From an uncultured bacterium (GTDB lineage Bacteria; Patescibacteriota; Minisyncoccia; Minisyncoccales; Staskawiczbacteraceae), in contig CAWIDW010000005.1 of NCBI GenBank assembly GCA_963835045.1, positions 63,210 through 127,209 of the forward strand: a DNA stretch of 64,000 nt. Reading direction: 5' to 3'. The notes under the pieces were generated by a model. It was given only the letters and a program-made list of their open reading frames with translations, did not search any database and was not told the origin of the DNA. Below, one piece after another: positions 60,969 to 64,000 of the stretch (position 1 is its first letter; each line of letters opens with the position of its first letter). Position numbers and translations under genes: made by a program.

Positions 60969-61610
60969 ATGACAAATGACCAGGATTTTCTTAGCCAGCT
61001 TAGTTGGAGGTATGCCACAAAAAAGTTTGACCCTTCAAAAAAACTTTTGCCCGAGCAGTTGCATCTTATTGAAGAATCGTTGCGTTTGGCTCCGTCATCG
61101 TTTGGTTTTCAACCGTGGAGATTTTACCGAATTGAAAATAAAGAGGTGCGCCAAGAAATAAAAAAAGCGGGTAATAACCAATCGCAGATGACTGACGCTT
61201 CGCACTTGTTTGTGTTAGCTTCCAAACTAGATTTGTCCGCCGGTGACGTGGAAGAATATGTCAGCGACATGGCCAAGACCAGGGGGATTGATGAGTCAAT
61301 TGTTGCCGAAACAAAAAAATGGATGGTGGGTTTTGTTGCTGGCAAATCAAAAGAGTGGCTTAACGAATGGTCAGCCAGGCAAATGTATATTGCCCTTGGC
61401 TTTGGATTAATGGCCGCCGCTCAAAATAATATTGACGCCTGTCCCATGGAAGGCTTTGACCCCGAAGCCGTAGGCAATATTATTGGAGCAAAAAAAGATG
61501 GCTACCAAGCGCGAGCCATGCTTGCCCTGGGTTTTAGGTCTCAAGATGACCCGGCTGCCTTAGTTAAAAAAGTTCGCTTCCCAAAAGAAAAAGTCATAAA
61601 AATAATTTAA
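60969..61610 (+). CDS. Nitroreductase family protein (NfsB-like)
   Basis: ..LSWRYATKKFDP.. N-terminal signature, ..APSSFGFQPW.. and C-terminal ..KVRFPKEKV. Confidence 0.8.
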   Translation: MTNDQDFLSQLSWRYATKKFDPSKKLLPEQLHLIEESLRLAPSSFGFQPWRFYRIENKEVRQEIKKAGNNQSQMTDASHLFVLASKLDLSAGDVEEYVSDMAKTRGIDESIVAETKKWMVGFVAGKSKEWLNEWSARQMYIALGFGLMAAAQNNIDACPMEGFDPEAVGNIIGAKKDGYQARAMLALGFRSQDDPAALVKKVRFPKEKVIKII

Positions 61611-61628
61611 TAAAATAAATTGTCTGTC

Positions 61629-62267
61629 ATGAAGATTACAAAAATTGGCCACTGCGCCCTGGCGCTTGAACATGAAGGAGTAACAATATTAACTGACCCG
61701 GGAAGTTTTACCATTGAAGCTCAACAAAAACTGGTTGGCTTGGATGGCATCGTCATAACCCACGAGCATCAGGATCACTTTCATGTTGATTCCATTAAAG
61801 TATTACTCCAAAAAAATCCGGAAGTTAAGATTGTCACTAACAGCGCCGTTGGAAAATTACTGACCGCTGAAGGCATTGCGCACACGGTAGTGGGGGATGG
61901 GCAGTCAGGCGATATTAAAGGAATAAAAATCGAAGGCTTTGGCACAAAACACGCGCCAATTTACGCCGATATGGGAAATGTTGAAAATACCGGTTATATG
62001 ATTGGCGAAAAATTTTATTTTCCCGGTGACAACTTTGAAAAACCCGGCAAACCAGTTGATGTTTTGGCGCTTCCGGTTGCCGCTCCTTGGCTGAAAATTT
62101 CAGAGTCAATTGAATTTGCTAAAGCTGTTGGCGCCCGAGTCGCATTTGGTGTTCACGATGGCATGATTGCTCCATCTTTTCGAGGTTTTGTGGGCATGAT
62201 TTTAAAACGCTTCGTTCCAGAAATTGAATACGTAACTTTGCAAGATGGTGAGACTAAAGAATTTTAA
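61629..62267 (+). CDS. MBL-fold metallo-hydrolase
   Basis: ITHEHQDH (HxHxDH) motif. Confidence 0.8.
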   Translation: MKITKIGHCALALEHEGVTILTDPGSFTIEAQQKLVGLDGIVITHEHQDHFHVDSIKVLLQKNPEVKIVTNSAVGKLLTAEGIAHTVVGDGQSGDIKGIKIEGFGTKHAPIYADMGNVENTGYMIGEKFYFPGDNFEKPGKPVDVLALPVAAPWLKISESIEFAKAVGARVAFGVHDGMIAPSFRGFVGMILKRFVPEIEYVTLQDGETKEF

Positions 62268-62306
62268 AAACATACGTGTATAACTCAACAAGATTATCAT
62301 GCAAGC

Positions 62307-62717
62307 ATGATTGTTTCCAACACTCCACAGGAAGCTTTTGAAAAAATTTCCCGTGTTCGTGATTGGTGGGCCGTAAACTTTGAAGGAAAATCCCAGAATA
62401 TTGATGACGTTTTTACGGTAAGTTTTAAAAGCGGGGACAAGTATAAACTCAAGGTAAGCCAATTGATTCCCGATAAAAAAATAACCTGGCAAGTCATAGA
62501 TAGCCATCAAGGTTGGGTTAAACATGAAACTGAATGGACCGGTAGTCAAATAGTTTGGGAAATTTTGGGGAAAAAAGATGGCACGCAAATTAACATGACG
62601 CATGTTGGCTTGACTCCAAAAATCGAATGCCACGACAAGTGCATCCAAGCATGGGATTACCTGCTTTATAGCAGTTTGCTAAAACTCCTTACCGAAAACC
62701 AAGGTCTGCCGGTATAA
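62307..62717 (+). CDS. SRPBCC / AHSA1-like domain protein
   Basis: ..PQEAFEKISRVRDWW.. and overall pattern; by eye only. Confidence 0.5.
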   Translation: MIVSNTPQEAFEKISRVRDWWAVNFEGKSQNIDDVFTVSFKSGDKYKLKVSQLIPDKKITWQVIDSHQGWVKHETEWTGSQIVWEILGKKDGTQINMTHVGLTPKIECHDKCIQAWDYLLYSSLLKLLTENQGLPV

Positions 62718-62731
62718 TATGTAATCTTGTT

Positions 62732-63337
62732 ATGAATAGCCGCGACGAAAATTCAAATCACGTCAAAATTTCCACCGAACGCCTGGAGGGTTTTAGCGAC
62801 GCCGTCATGGCCATCATTATTACCATTTCCGTTTTAACCGTTAAAATTCCCGCGGGTTCCGGTTTTGATTCCCTCAATTTTTTACTGCCCACATTTTTAG
62901 TCTACGCTGTCAGTTTCCAAACTATCGGAACGTATTGGAATAATCACCACCACCTGTTGCTGGCCGTAAAACACGTCAGCGCCGGGATTATGTGGGCTAA
63001 TTTGTATTTGCTTTTTTGGATGTCGCTCATTCCGGTTGCCACCGCGTGGCTGGGACAACATTACGCCAGCCATTGGCCTACGGCTTTGTATGTTTTTGTG
63101 TTGCTCATGTCCGCGATGGCCTACACGTTACTCCAGCTTTTAGTGATAAAACACTCGGAAAAACCGGAAGAACTTTTCAAAGAATTTTTCAAAAAACCCA
63201 AAGCTTCAATCTCCCTTGCCATGTATTTGGTGGCGCTGGCCTTCGCTTTTTATGTTCCGCTGGTGTCCGATGTTTTGATAATCCTGGTTGCCATGGTGTG
63301 GTTCATTCCCGACAGGCGCATCGAAAAATATATTTAA
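62732..63337 (+). CDS. TMEM175-family (DUF1211) potassium channel
   Basis: RLEGFSDAVMAIIITISVL matches the RxxxFSD pore-helix signature; six TM helices. Confidence 0.75.
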   Translation: MNSRDENSNHVKISTERLEGFSDAVMAIIITISVLTVKIPAGSGFDSLNFLLPTFLVYAVSFQTIGTYWNNHHHLLLAVKHVSAGIMWANLYLLFWMSLIPVATAWLGQHYASHWPTALYVFVLLMSAMAYTLLQLLVIKHSEKPEELFKEFFKKPKASISLAMYLVALAFAFYVPLVSDVLIILVAMVWFIPDRRIEKYI

Positions 63338-63350
63338 TAATTTGCGTTCC

Positions 63351-63902
63351 ATGACTGATCTTCAGCGTTGCCCCTGGGCAGAAGATGCCGATGACTTGAT
63401 GAAAAAATACCATGATGAAGAATGGGGCGTTGTGGTGCGTGATGACAAAACTATCTTTGAATTTTTAATTTTAGAAAGCTTCCAAGCTGGCCTAAGCTGG
63501 AAAACGATTTTAAACAAGCGCCAGCATTTTAAAAAAGTATTTGCCGATTTTGACCCGGTTACAGTTTCTAAATTCTCAAAAAAAGAAGCGAGTCTTCTTT
63601 TGCAAGACAAGGGGATTATAAGAAATCGCGCCAAAATCGAAGCGGCCATCAACAACGCCAAAGTATTTTTGGATACCCAAAAAGAATTTGGCACCTTTTC
63701 CACCTATATGTGGAACTTCGCCCCAGCAAGTAATTTACAAGCCATCGCCTGGGCCAAGGACCTGAAAGTCCGAGGTTTCAAATTTCTAGGTCCCACAACC
63801 ATTTACGCCCACATGCAAGCCACCGGCATGGTCAACGACCACACGAACAACTGTTTTAGAAAAAAGGAAGTATCATTAAACAGGAGAGATAACCCTTTAT
63901 AA
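63351..63902 (+). CDS. tag: DNA-3-methyladenine glycosylase I
   Basis: RCPW....D.L...YHDEEWGV...D....FE.L.LE.FQAGLSW.TIL.KR..F...F..FD. Confidence 0.9.
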   Translation: MTDLQRCPWAEDADDLMKKYHDEEWGVVVRDDKTIFEFLILESFQAGLSWKTILNKRQHFKKVFADFDPVTVSKFSKKEASLLLQDKGIIRNRAKIEAAINNAKVFLDTQKEFGTFSTYMWNFAPASNLQAIAWAKDLKVRGFKFLGPTTIYAHMQATGMVNDHTNNCFRKKEVSLNRRDNPL

Positions 63903-63906
63903 AAGA

Positions 63907-64000
63907 ATGCAAAAAGAATCAAAAAATAATAAACCATGGTCTGCTGCCGATATTGTATACCATATTTATCCTCGCAGTTTTTATGATTCCAGTGGCGATG
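63907..64000 (+). CDS. Glycoside hydrolase family 13 (alpha-amylase family) protein, N-terminal fragment (runs off window)
   Basis: ..VYHIYPRSFYDSSGD.. is the canonical GH13 N-terminal motif. Confidence 0.6.
   Translation, partial: MQKESKNNKPWSAADIVYHIYPRSFYDSSGD

Noticed and set aside
1-64000. Alternative genetic code (UGA recoding as in Gracilibacteria/Absconditabacteria)
   Set aside because: Conserved genes end at TGA, TAA and TAG at the expected lengths (for example the 20460 and 13843 stops are TGA). No conserved protein requires read-through.

Overview
This is a 64-kb chromosomal window. It is AT-rich (roughly 40% GC by eye), uses the standard genetic code, is gene-dense and lies mostly on the + strand. 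The core genes are rplJ-rplL, mraZ-rsmH-ftsL-ftsI, murC, mraY, a dacB-like gene, mltG, rplU, rplI, rpmA, efp, tyrS, aspS, pyrG, uppS, prmC, rmuC and ctpA. There are also many small secreted or membrane hypotheticals, large repetitive surface proteins and a TraD/VirD4-like ATPase. Native genes have no Shine-Dalgarno (SD) sequences. This content looks like a reduced Candidate Phyla Radiation (Patescibacteria/Parcubacteria-like) bacterium, but that taxonomic call is inference only. Accessory content: (i) A ~4.4-kb GC-richer block at the left end is bracketed by 38-nt direct repeats. It encodes a ParB/Srx-fold protein divergent from a small-protein / double-HTH / GHKL-ATPase operon. This is my best candidate for an undescribed conflict or mobile module. 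(ii) A diversity-generating retroelement (DGR) is present as a DGR-type reverse transcriptase convergent with a DUF1566/C-type-lectin-like surface protein. I could not find its template repeat in the window. (iii) Several small GC-richer, SD-bearing islets occur, one of them abutting the only tRNA (Glu-CUC). (iv) There is a free-standing LAGLIDADG endonuclease. (v) The mraY 3' end is duplicated exactly (63 bp) around a 184-bp structured-looking insert. (vi) Low-complexity imperfect palindromes of 70-150 bp fill most intergenic regions. They fall into at least five arm-sequence families, yet several share a CGTCACGTT-like core. I saw no rRNA and no CRISPR array. All domain calls come from motif recognition by eye; no searches were run.
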